Shown one piece after another: positions 34,501 to 45,370 of a stretch of DNA of 50,835 bases. Position numbers and translations under genes: made by a program. The notes beneath the pieces were generated by a model that was given only the letters and a program-made list of their open reading frames with translations, did not search any database and had not been told where the DNA came from. Within the stretch, counting starts at the first letter, position 1; each line of letters opens with the position of its first letter. This stretch comes from Octopus bimaculoides (taxonomy: Eukaryota): NCBI RefSeq assembly GCF_001194135.2, contig NC_068989.1:14860580-14911414 (forward strand), in the 5' to 3' direction.

Positions 34501-34969
34501 TGGTGCTGCCTGTAAAGTTCCTGATTTTGGAGAAAAGAAAATATAGGAGGATTAGTTAATTATGATTTTATTCAACATATTCCCCTCACAGATTCATACA
34601 CTTATTGCAGAGGTCCTTCAGTTTTACTAAGGATGCCAACCAGGCTTTTTGAGATACCCTTAACCCATTACCTCCCATAATTCTATTAACTGGAATTTTT
34701 TTATGAAACTGATTTCTAGCATAAAACAGCCTTAGAAACACGCTGGAATGATCAAATTAACATTTTAAATAGAAATACGAGAGATATTGGGTGAAAAATT
34801 AGCAAACCTCATTTGAATATCAGAGAAATATACCTAGTAGATATAGCAAAAAGGTTAGATATGTGTAAATATTGACAGATAATTACGAAATTTGTAATTT
34901 TTAAGTGATCTCATATGAGATCACTGGTAGGTAATGGGTTAAAGCCAAGAACTTTTCAGCACTCCCTCA
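34501..34969. mobile_element. mariner-derived MITE, copy 2, split by a piggyBac MITE
   Basis: Colinear with 14254-14470 on both sides of 34664-34938; right end GAACTTTTCAGCACTCCCTCA followed by TA. Confidence 0.8.
34664..34938. mobile_element. piggyBac-type MITE, family K (275 bp)
   Basis: TTAA at 34660-34663 and 34939-34942; TIR CCCATTACCT(C/A)CC; 22-bp perfect palindrome at 34904-34925. Confidence 0.9.
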
Positions 34970-35458
34970 TATATATGAAACAGATTTTTTTGTAGCCACT
35001 AGATTAATTTCTTCACCTAAATAAACAACAATATTAAATATTTGATGAAGTGATATTTCATCAGATCCTGTAGTCTAGAAAGCAAGAAAGATACCAGGGG
35101 AAAAAGAAAAAATTAATTCTTAAACCACAGCCATCGTAATGGATGTTACCAGTCTATCAACATTTTCTAAGTCAACAACTCCATCATTAAAACTCTTAGC
35201 CTCGATCAATAATTGCAGTAAATGTCTATTGTTGGTTGATCAATAACTTATAACTCAAAACAGATTCATGCCACAGTCAAATAAATGAACTGCATTTAAA
35301 ACATCAATGTTTTAAATTGTATCCATCAGGCTGCTCAAAGCTTTCAGCAGGCACCATTGTGCATTTACAATGTTTCCCACTACAAGATCGGCAAAAACTT
35401 ACATAAATGAGTTGCAGTTTCCTTCCCTTGACCTAGTTTTTCTAGGCAAGTATTTTAA

Positions 35459-35678
35459 CCCTATAGCATTTAAACTGGCCATATCCGACCCATATATTCT
35501 ACCCAATTTATGTTCAAATCGGCTAGATCCAGCCTCTTGCACTTACCCTACAATGCCATTCCAAAAATAAATAATCACATCATTGAAATTTCAATGCTAC
35601 AAGATATTGCATGATTAATTGAAAACAATGTGAATAATTAAGCATTAGATTTTACAGGATAATGTAAATGTTAAAGGG
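35459..35678. mobile_element. piggyBac-type MITE, family L (220 bp)
   Basis: TTAA, CCCTATAGCATTTA...TAAATGTTAAAGGG, then TTAC; TIR 12/14. Confidence 0.72.
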
Positions 35679-35689
35679 TTACTCATTAA

Positions 35690-36296
35690 CCCTTTAAATG
35701 TTAATTTTCTGTTGATATACACTGCCATTATTTTAATTAATTTTGAAAATAATAAATAATTTAGTAAAATCACATAGTAATTATGAAGTTGGTGTTTGGG
35801 ACATAAAATGGAATTTCAATGGAAGGGTTGCAACAAGTGCTTCTCAATCTTCTTAATATCCAAGCCAGACCCCAAAACCTGGATTTTTTTAGGGGTCCAC
35901 ACTGAGAAAAATAAACCTAAATCAATTAAAGAAAAACTTATATTTATAGAGGGAACACCAAGAGTCCCCAGATGGAGTTGCAGTTTAGAACTGCTGTTCT
36001 AAGTACTTCAAAACATAGAACTAGGAGTGGACTCAGGCAGGTTGGTATCAAAAGGGCCATGGCATGAATTTTTTTTTTTTTTATTCTTAGAAACTTTGTC
36101 ATCAGATGATTTTAAAATGTGAATGGAGGCCAAATTTCAACAGCAGACAAGAGGGTGTTTTCACATGTATATATTGAAATTAATGTTGGGAACATAAAAC
36201 GGAATTTTGATGGAAGGTTTTTATTTAGCTCAATTTAAAACAGGAAATGTGTATTATAGATCCAGGTTAGTCATGGGTAGGTTGGTATTAAATGGG
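35690..36296. mobile_element. piggyBac-type MITE family M: one copy at 35690-36056 (with an insertion at ~35834-35996) and a right-end copy at ~36160-36296
   Basis: TTAA then CCCTTT start; ends GGTTGGTATCAAAAGGG and GGTTGGTATTAAATGGG followed by TTAA; shared GGAACATAAAA..GAATTT..ATGGAAGG. Confidence 0.65.
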
Positions 36297-36449
36297 TTAA
36301 ATTAGTCCAATGGTATTTCTAAGAACACTGTTGACATTCTGGATACTGAATGCTGTTGTGCTCCTTGTTATGGGAACAAAGAGATTGTGTTGACCCTGGC
36401 TGATCTTGTTACAGCAACCATTGTGGTTAAATTTCTCTTTTTGTTTTTG

Positions 36450-37482
36450 AGTTGCACCAGTCACTGGGTAGCAGCCATGCTGGTGCACCACCATGAAGGG
36501 TTTAGTCAAAACAAATCAACTTCTCTGATTATTATTTTTCTTTTTCTTAAAATCTGGTATCTCTTTTTGATGAACTGCTTGGTTATGGGGAAATAAAACA
36601 AACCAAAACTCATCATCAAGCAGTGGTAAGGAACAAAGAGAAACATAAAGACACACACATAGATAGACAGACAGACAGATAGATAGATAGATACAGCAGG
36701 CTTCCACACAGTTTTCATCTACCAAATTCACTTACAGTGCATTTACTCTTTTACTCTTTTACTTGTTTCAGTCATTTGACTGTGGCCATGCAGGAGCACC
36801 GCCTTTAGTAGAGCAAATCGACCCCAGGACTTATTCTTTGTAAGCCCAGTACTTATTCTATCGGTCACTTTTGCCGAACCGCTAAGTTACGGGGACGTAA
36901 ATACACCAGCATCGGTTGTCAAGCGATGTTGGGGAGACAAGCAGAGACACACAAACACACACACATCATCATCATCATCGTTTAACGTCCGCTTTCCATG
37001 CTAGCATGGGTTGGACGATTTGACTGAGGACTGGTGAAACCGGATGGCAACACCAGGCTCCAATCTAATTTGGCAGAGTTTCTACAGCTGNNNNNNNNNN
37101 NNNNNNNNNNNNNNNNNNNNNNNNNNNNNNNNNNNNNNNNNNNNNNNNNNNNNNNNNNNNNNNNNNNNNNNNNNNNNNNNNNNNNNNNNNNNNNNNNNNN
37201 NNNNNNNNNNNNNNNNNNNNNNNNNNNNNNNNNNNNNNNNNNNNNNNNNNNNNNNNNNNNNNNNNNNNNNNNNNNNNNNNNNNNNNNNNNNNNNNNNNNN
37301 NNNNNNNNNNNNNNNNNNNNNNNNNNNNNNNNNNNNNNNNNNNNNNNNNNNNNNNNNNNNNNNNNNNNNNNNNNNNNNNNNNNNNNNNNNNNNNNNNNNN
37401 NNNNNNNNNNNNNNNNNNNNNNNNNNNNNNNNNNNNNNNNNNNNNNNNNNNNNNNNNNNNNNNNNNNNNNNNNNNNNNNNNN

Positions 37483-37515
<33 letters not shown>

Positions 37516-37770
37516 TACGATGGGCTTCTTTCAGTTTCCGTCTACCAAATCCACTCACAAGGCTTTGGTCGGCCCAAGGTTATAGTAGAAGACACTTGCC
37601 CAAGGTGCCACGCAGTGGGTCTGAACCCGGAACCATGTGGTTCATAAGCAAGCTACTTACCACACAGCCACTCCTATGCCTGGTTGCCCCGGGGCTATAG
37701 TAGAAGACACTCGACAGTGGGATTGAACCTGAAACCATGATGTTGTAAAGCAAGTCTCTTAACTACAATA
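36450..37770 (-). mobile_element. Nested set: old A (36450-36742 and 37681-37770), containing young A (36743-37680), containing F (36966 to gap)
   Basis: Old-A halves rejoin as CACTTACAGTGCAT|TGGTTGCCCCGGGGCTATAG; young A tail and head flank an (ATC)n-tailed F in its microsatellite. Confidence 0.82.
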
Positions 37771-37914
37771 TTTTAGAGAAACTTTATTTTTCAAGAGTGG
37801 CAAACTGAGAGAAATCAATAAGTTGAGAAAATACCTTGTTTAACCCCAGGTAAGCCTTTATCCAGGTAGCAGGTTTATGATCAAAGAACTTTCAGCTATG
37901 CTATTATTATTATT

Positions 37915-38135
37915 ACAGAATTGTTACTGCGCTGGACAAAATGCTTCACAGCACTTCTTCAAGCTTCATATTCCATTCCAAGTTCAAATTCCTGTTGAGG
38001 TGAACTTTGCCTTTCATCCTTTTGGTTGGGGATCAATAAAATGAATACCATTTAAATACTAGGGTTGATGTAATCAACTACACCCCTGCTACAAAAATTT
38101 CAGGCCTTGTACCTGTAGTCCAAAGGACTATTACA
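37915..38135 (+). mobile_element. Family D SINE, degenerate
   Basis: AGTTCAAATTCC..GAACTTTGCCTTTCATCCTTTTGG...TTTCAGGCCTTGT. Confidence 0.78.
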
Positions 38136-38569
38136 CCTTTCCTTTCTGGTTTCAGACAGCATATTTAGCACTAACTTATCTGACCCACAGTACCATATTC
38201 AATTCTTAGTGCTGTCGATAATCACTTCTACACTAATTATATGAACACCATTTCCATCCTGATTTGCTACCTATAGTTACATGAATAACCTAGATTAAAA
38301 TATTGCTTGTAATTTCCATGGCCAAAGCAGTTATTCCAGATCTTTAACAACACTTATCATTTCATATTCACCAATAACATCAATCAGAGATTAATTCATA
38401 ATCAATATTTCAGCAGTCAACGGCTTTCAGTTTCATCTAGATACTTCCATTCGACAAAGATCAATAAAGCTTCATTGAGTGATGATTCCTCAAAACTTCC
38501 TTTTCATACATTTGTACTCAGAAAAATATCAACATTAGATATATATATCTATAAATATATCTATATATG

Positions 38570-39358
38570 TCATCATCATCATTTAATGTCTGCTTTCCAT
38601 ACTGGCATGGATTAAACGGTTTGACTGGAACTGTTAAGCCAGAAAGCTGCACCAAGTTCCAGTCTGGTTTGGCATGGTTTCTACAGCTGGATGTCCTTCC
38701 TAATGCCAATCACTCCAAGAGTGTAATGGGTGCTTCTCACGTGCCACCGACACAGGTGCTTTTGTGTGTAACTGGCATGGGTGTCAGTTATGTGACACTG
38801 GCGACAGCCACAACTATGATTTCACTTGGCTTGATAAGTCTTCTTAACCCATAAACTGCGATAGGCCACCTCAGTGGCCAACACGACAGTGTGACAGTCC
38901 ACATGCGTGGCCACGGAAGTAGGGCATGATCTCACCTAATTTTGATGACGTATAATGTATGCACACAATACCCTTTCACCCCAGAAACAGTGTAGTCAAT
39001 CACAGAAGGTGTTAAGAAACACTGAGTATTTTTTTCGAGTGATAGATCGATGTTGACCTTTACCCAAAATAGGCTCAGCAGTTCGTGTTACATACAGCAA
39101 AATCCCAACAGTTTATGGGTTAAGCATTGCATACACCAATGGTCTTGGTCACTTGTATTGCCGCCACGAAGGCCAATGTTTGTAGATCATGCTCCATCAC
39201 CTCATCCCATGTCTTCCTGGGTCTACCTCTTCCACATGCCTTCCTGAGTCTACCTCTTGCCCCCACAGTTAGAGATCAGCACTTCTTTACACAGCTGTCC
39301 TCGTGGGCCACGACCACAATTTCACTTGGCTTGATGGGTTTTCTCAAGCACAGCATAC
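38570..39358 (-). mobile_element. 5'-truncated RTE LINE (ORF2 C-terminus plus family F 3' UTR) interrupted by a piggyBac MITE
   Basis: Minus strand EDSCVKKC*SLTV..CGRGRPRKTWDEVMEHDLQTL; in-frame 27-bp duplication at 39213/39240; (GAT)n tail ending at 38570. Confidence 0.85.
38848..39119. mobile_element. piggyBac-type MITE, family G copy 2 (272 bp)
   Basis: Perfect TTAA at 38844-38847 and 39120-39123; 11-bp TIR CCCATAAACTG. Confidence 0.93.
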
Positions 39359-39376
39359 AGACAGACATAGATATGT

Positions 39377-39463
39377 CTAGCGCTGGAGCACCACCTTGAG
39401 GATAAACAAACCAACACTGGTTGTCAAGAGGTGGTGGGGGACAAACACTGACACAAAGTCACT

Positions 39464-39496
<33 letters not shown>

Positions 39497-39660
39497 GATG
39501 GACTTCCTACAGTCTCCATCTATCAAATCCACTCAGAAGGTTTTGGTCATCACTGAAGCTATGGTAGATGACACTTGCCCAAGGTGCCACACAGTGGGAC
39601 TGAACCCGGAACCACATAGCTGGAAAGCAAACTTCTTACCATACTGCCACACCACTGCCT
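39377..39660 (-). mobile_element. Old family A SINE with an internal deletion
   Basis: GACACTTGCCCAAGGTGCCACACAGTGGGACTGAACCCGG. Confidence 0.78.
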
Positions 39661-39663
39661 TTT

Positions 39664-39707
<44 letters not shown>

Positions 39708-40393
39708 NNNNNNNNNNNNNNNNNNNNNNNNNNNNNNNNNNNNNNNNNNNNNNNNNNNNNNNNNNNNNNNNNNNNNNNNNNNNNNNNNNNNNNNNNNNNN
39801 NNNNNNNNNNNNNNNNNNNNNNNNNNNNNNNNNNNNNNNNNNNNNNNNNNNNNNNNNNNNNNNNNNNNNNNNNNNNNNNNNNNNNNNNNNNNNNNNNNNN
39901 NNNNNNNNNNNNNNNNNNNNNNNNNNNNNNNNNNNNNNNNNNNNNNNNNNNNNNNNNNNNNNNNNNNNNNNNNNNNNNNNNNNNNNNNNNNNNNNNNNNN
40001 NNNNNNNNNNNNNNNNNNNNNNNNNNNNNNNNNNNNNNNNNNNNNNNNNNNNNNNNNNNNNNNNNNNNNNNNNNNNNNNNNNNNNNNNNNNNNNNNNNNN
40101 NNNNNNNNNNNNNNNNNNNNNNNNNNNNNNNNNNNNNNNNNNNNNNNNNNNNNNNNNNNNNNNNNNNNNNNNNNNNNNNNNNNNNNNNNNNNNNNNNNNN
40201 NNNNNNNNNNNNNNNNNNNNNNNNNNNNNNNNNNNNNNNNNNNNNNNNNNNNNNNNNNNNNNNNATTAAGTTAAATTCTTTACTATTTCAAGTTACGAGA
40301 CAAAAATGTCTGTTCAATTATTATAGAATTATTATTATTCAATTATTATAATATTGCCATTAACTTTCTTTACATCATCCTCCTTTCTTGCAG

Positions 40394-40471
40394 ATCAATA
40401 AAATATTTTTATTCTTGTTTGATTTTTTCTATATTGGGATTTCTGAAAAATCAATCGATCAATCCTCTCAG
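40394..40471 (+). CDS. Candidate 78-nt exon of unknown product
   Basis: Long pyrimidine tract plus TTGCAG acceptor; CAG|GTATTC donor; two of three frames open; no homology recognised. Confidence 0.15.
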
Positions 40472-40931
40472 GTATTCATAAAAGGAGAATCAGCATGTAG
40501 GATGGAGTCAAGCAAGATTAATGTATTTATTGTCTACCCAAGGTTAGGCAAAATATTACCCATGTTACTCAGCCAAGCATAATATGGATTTCTTTCTAAT
40601 ATAGACATGGCTGAGTGGTTGTGAAGTTTTCTTCCCAGAAGGATGAATAATAAAATTGACCTTGACAGGAGGATCAATACTGAGATCATCAATTCAATTC
40701 ACCTTTTATCACATTTGTACAAATTCAACAAGAATTTCTAGACACAAAAGGCATTTCACTATCAGGACTCAAGACCTAATTGTCTGGCCAAAACTTAGCC
40801 ATTAAAGCTGTCCTTTGAGGCAAATGTAGAGAGCGTTCTTTTCTCCATGGAGCAGAAATCTGGACTACGAAGACAGAGCTTCAAGATTGAAATTGATGAC
40901 AGAAAGCCTCTTATAAGGATTAAAAACATCT

Positions 40932-41408
40932 TGTAGTGGCGCATGTGGCTGCCATCTTAGGAAGTGCCATTGCGCATGTGCAAGGGACTTGCCGTCAGCA
41001 GAAGTACTTGAGCACACATGCGCAATGCAACAGGTGGAGAGAGAGCAATAGCGTTCGATCTCTTTTCTCTCAAGTAGCTGTTGTGACAACACATATCTCT
41101 CAACTCGACCCCGACATGTGGTCGAAGCTTCCTTGGTATCCTAGCGGCATGCCTGTTCACCCAGGAATGAAACGGCTCTACACCAACCTAGAATAAACTA
41201 TTGATCTGTTGTTACCGTTATCCCTCGTGTTGTTGTATTTCTGGATTTAATGATTAATATAAGAACTGGGGAGAGACGGTCAAGCCGTCATATCTCATCC
41301 AATTCTTATAACTGGTGACCCCGACGTGATCCTGTTCACATAGCTTCTCTTAAATGGTGACTAAGTGCCAGCTATAGGACCAACCGTTCTTTCAGTTTTT
41401 TCACTACA
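40932..41408 (+). mobile_element. LTR-retrotransposon (Gypsy-like) remnant: TG..CA-bounded 477-bp element with a 4-bp TSD and an internal tRNA-Trp PBS
   Basis: ATCT|TGTAGTG...CACTACA|ATCT; AATAAA at ~41192; TGGTGACCCCGACGTGAT at 41313-41330 is the exact complement of the conserved metazoan tRNA-Trp(CCA) 3' 18 nt. Confidence 0.82.
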
Positions 41409-42267
41409 ATCTCATGATGTAATCACAAGACCAAAGAGATGATACATGGATACATTCCACCCATCTCCAGGGGTGTAGCGAGGTTCTTAAAAAAAGTACC
41501 GTGACACATACCAAACAATTTTTAACTCATTTCTCTTATATTACGTGAAATATTTCATTAGTTAAAACGTATGTAACTGTATTCTACATGTATTAATTTC
41601 ATGTTGGAAACTAACTGAAAGAAGTTTGTCATGTGTGTATGCACGTGTGTATGTATATATCATCATCATCATCATCATCATTTAATGTCTGCTGTCACCC
41701 CATCGCCACCCCACAAACTCACCAAGCCATATCAATGTTACCTCTAACTTTTACCCTTACCTCACTCCACTCTCACTCACATTCAGTCCCCCCCCCCCCN
41801 NNNNNNNNNNNNNNNNNNNNNNNNNNNNNNNNNNNNNNNNNNNNNNNNNNNNNNNNNNNNNNNNNNNNNNNNNNNNNNNNNNNNNNNNNNNNNNNNNNNN
41901 NNNNNNNNNNNNNNNNNNNNNNNNNNNNNNNNNNNNNNNNNNNNNNNNNNNNNNNNNNNNNNNNNNNNNNNNNNNNNNNNNNNNNNNNNNNNNNNNNNNN
42001 NNNNNNNNNNNNNNNNNNNNNNNNNNNNNNNNNNNNNNNNNNNNNNNNNNNNNNNNNNNNNNNNNNNNNNNNNNNNNNNNNNNNNNNNNNNNNNNNNNNN
42101 NNNNNNNNNNNNNNNNNNNNNNNNNNNNNNNNNNNNNNNNNNNNNNNNNNNNNNNNNNNNNNNNNNNNNNNNNNNNNNNNNNNNNNNNNNNNNNNNNNNN
42201 NNNNNNNNNNNNNNNNNNNNNNNNNNNNNNNNNNNNNNNNNNNNNNNNNNNNNNNNNNNNNNNNNNN

Positions 42268-42401
42268 AGGCAGGCAGGCAGGCAGATAAACAGACAGACA
42301 GAGACAGACAGACAGAGACAGACAGACAGAGACAGACAGACAGACAGAGACAGAGACAGACAGACAGACAGACAAAGACAGACAGACAGACAGACAGACA
42401 A

Positions 42402-42438
<37 letters not shown>

Positions 42439-42458
42439 GTGAGGGGTGGGAGGCAGTC

Positions 42459-42495
<37 letters not shown>

Positions 42496-42603
42496 AAGAG
42501 AGAGGGAGAGAGAGAAAGAAAGAAAGAAACAAACAAACAAACAAACAAACAAGAAAGAGAAAGAAAGAAAGAGAAAGAAAGAGAGAAGGAGAGAGAGAGA
42601 GTG

Positions 42604-42634
<31 letters not shown>

Positions 42635-42645
42635 AAAACAGACAA
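42268..42645. repeat. Compound (GGCA)n(GACA)n(GAAA)n(GA)n(CAAA)n microsatellite
   Basis: Direct reading. Confidence 0.93.
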
Positions 42646-43020
42646 GCTATAGAAATGGTGCAACATTCTTATGTCATTTTGCTGATTTAAACTGTTTTAA
42701 AAACTAATCTTACAATAAAACTAGAATATTTTTATGACTCATGTCCCATCTGTGTCCATCGTTTACCTGCCTATGTCACGATTTGAGGGAGACCTGCCCA
42801 CTCACCCTGGAACTACAAAGGAGATATTAAGTAGTTAGTTGTACTATAGTAGCTTCTGGAAGCTTCTATATAAAGGCTGTGTGGGAACTTTTCCAAGATA
42901 ATGACAGTGCTTTTATTGAATGACTTGATCTGGTCAATGAACAAAAGCAGACAACATTCAACAAATTTTTTAATATCTTTAAAATAAAGATTTCCAACAT
43001 TAACTACTATAAAAAGCTTA

Positions 43021-43326
43021 GAGAATGGATTTGGTAGATAGAAACTGAAAGAAGCCCATTGCATGTGCATATGAATGTGTGTGTCTTTTTGCATACCCTT
43101 GTCTTGAATACACATGTAATAAGCATTACCATAATGCCAGCAATGTTATTCATTACCAGTCATCTGTGGAAAACATGACTGGCTAAGAGAAGTATAACCT
43201 TGCTTGGAAATAGATGGAGGGTGGTTGGTGACAGGAAGGGCATCGGGATATAGAAAATCTGTCTCAAGAAATTGTCTGACTCATGCAAGCATGGAAAAGT
43301 GAGTGTTAAATAATGACGATGGTGAC
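43021..43326 (+). mobile_element. A-type body joined to an F/RTE-like (GAT)n tail (A2 variant)
   Basis: GGATTTGGTAGATAGAAACTGAAAGAAGCCC, then GGTTGGTGACAGGAAGGGCATC...CATGCAAGCATGGAAAAG..GTTAAATAATGACGAT. Confidence 0.7.
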
Positions 43327-43441
43327 AATATTAGTACTGCATGACACAGTAAAGATTCAAAACCCCAGCTAAGAAAGTTGATCAATGAAACACAAGAAGT
43401 TCAATTTGTCAGATATGCTTTACTGAGATTTGATATACGTA

Positions 43442-43855
43442 GGTGCAGGAGTGGCTGTGTGGTAAGTAGCTTGCTTACCAACCACATGGTTCCGGGTTCA
43501 TTCCCTCTGCGTGGCACCTTGGGCAAGTGTCTTCTACTATAGTCTCGGGCCGACCAAAGCCTTGTGAGTGGATTTGGTAGACGAAAACTGAAAGAAGCCC
43601 GTCGTATATATGTATATATATATATATGTGTGTATATGTTTGTGTGTCTGTGTTTGTCCTCCCAACATCGCTTGACAACTGATGTTGGTGTGTTTACATC
43701 CCTGTAACTTAGCGGTTCGGCAAAAGAGACCGATAGAATAAGTACTAGGCTTACAAAGAATAAGTCCTGGGGTCGATTTGCTCAACTAAAGGTGGTGCTC
43801 CAGCATGGCCACAGTCAAATGACTGAAACAAGTAAAAGAGAGTAAAAGAGAGAGT
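43442..43855 (+). mobile_element. Full-length young family A SINE
   Basis: Complete head, (TA)n, body and (AGTAAAAGAG)n tail. Confidence 0.93.
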
Positions 43856-44089
43856 TGAAAGGATAAACTTTCAAGACAGTTGGAACAGATGTTCCGTGAA
43901 TCTAATCTCAAAGTTTTGTGAAAAATCTATGTCCAAAAAAAGCTTGTGCAACTATGGCATCATCCTTTCGGCATATGAGAAATTTTGGCACATCTGTTTT
44001 GGCACCACTGATTCAACACTGACTTATTTGACATCAGATGTTTTAATGCTTCTCTTGTGCTCCCCACTTCTCTCTCTCTCTCTCTCTCT

Positions 44090-44133
<44 letters not shown>

Positions 44134-44964
44134 GTATGAGCATAGGTAAAATGCTAATAGCAATTAGGTTCAATTAATAAACTGTAATCTCTCTCTCTCT
44201 CTCTCATGCACTCTATTTATATGAGTATATTTCTGTGTGTGCATGTGTGTGTGTTTGCCTCCAGTGCTAATATTTACTAACACCAAAACAGGTAGAATAT
44301 CCTGTCGGCTGTGCCAAATTTTCAGTATCCAAGTAGCCTCAACAAATCGTCTCATCCTAATCATTTCATAAGCAGAAACAATAAAAGCAGATGAAAATGG
44401 CTGCCCCTTACACGTACAAGGAGGATCATTGTGTTTACAATTCTCTTTAGGAAAATTATTTTGCTCATTCAGGTTTAATGCTCTTACTTTATAACATAGT
44501 TATGTAGTCATATATTTCCTTGCTCTATATGGTATTTCGAAAGAATGATTAGTTTCGTAAATATTTATTCAGGGGAACAGCATCTCTAGGACAACACAGT
44601 CCCAAAAAGTACAAATGAGTTTCATAAAAAAAAGTAGTGTTTAGGTGCATATCAACCAGAAACAACATGTATTCTATGCTTAAAAAAATTATTTCATGAA
44701 TTTAGATCAAAGAGGGTTAAAAGTATTTGTTGCTAGGTGTTCAGTTAGGTACTTCTCTTACCATATCTTTAGACGAGACAATTCAACAACACTATATCAT
44801 AAACGTAGCAAAATTTGATAACCAAATGATGTTTCGTAAACTGGATCACAAACTGTAGCAGAAGACCGTTACTCGTTAATCAGACTAATCACAATGATGA
44901 AACTAAAAAGATTAAAACCATCACTCCTCGACGAACCATTTCGAAACTCCAAAGCCCATGATAA

Positions 44965-45009
44965 GAAGAGAGAGAGAAAGAGAGAGAGAGGGAGAGAGAG
45001 AGAGAAGGG

Positions 45010-45052
<43 letters not shown>

Positions 45053-45237
45053 GGAGAGAGAGAGAGAGAGAGAGAGANNNNNNNNNNNNNNNNNNNNNNN
45101 NNNNNNNNNNNNNNNNNNNNNNNNNNNNNNNNNNNNNNNNNNNNNNNNNNNNNNNNNNNNNNNNNNNNNNNNNNNNNNNNNNNNNNNNNNNNNNNNNNNN
45201 NNNNNNNNNNNNNNNNNNNNNNNNNNNNNNNNNNNNN

Positions 45238-45308
<71 letters not shown>

Positions 45309-45370
45309 AAGAGAGAGAGAGAAAGAGAGAGAGAGAAAGAGAGAGTGCGCGCGTGTGTGTGTGTGTGTGT
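44965..45370. repeat. (GA)n microsatellite spanning a gap, then (GT)n
   Basis: Direct reading. Confidence 0.95.

Noticed and set aside
35834-35996. Possible hAT MITE inside piggyBac MITE M
   Set aside because: TIRs are very degenerate and there is no matching 8-bp TSD; noted only as an unclassified insertion.
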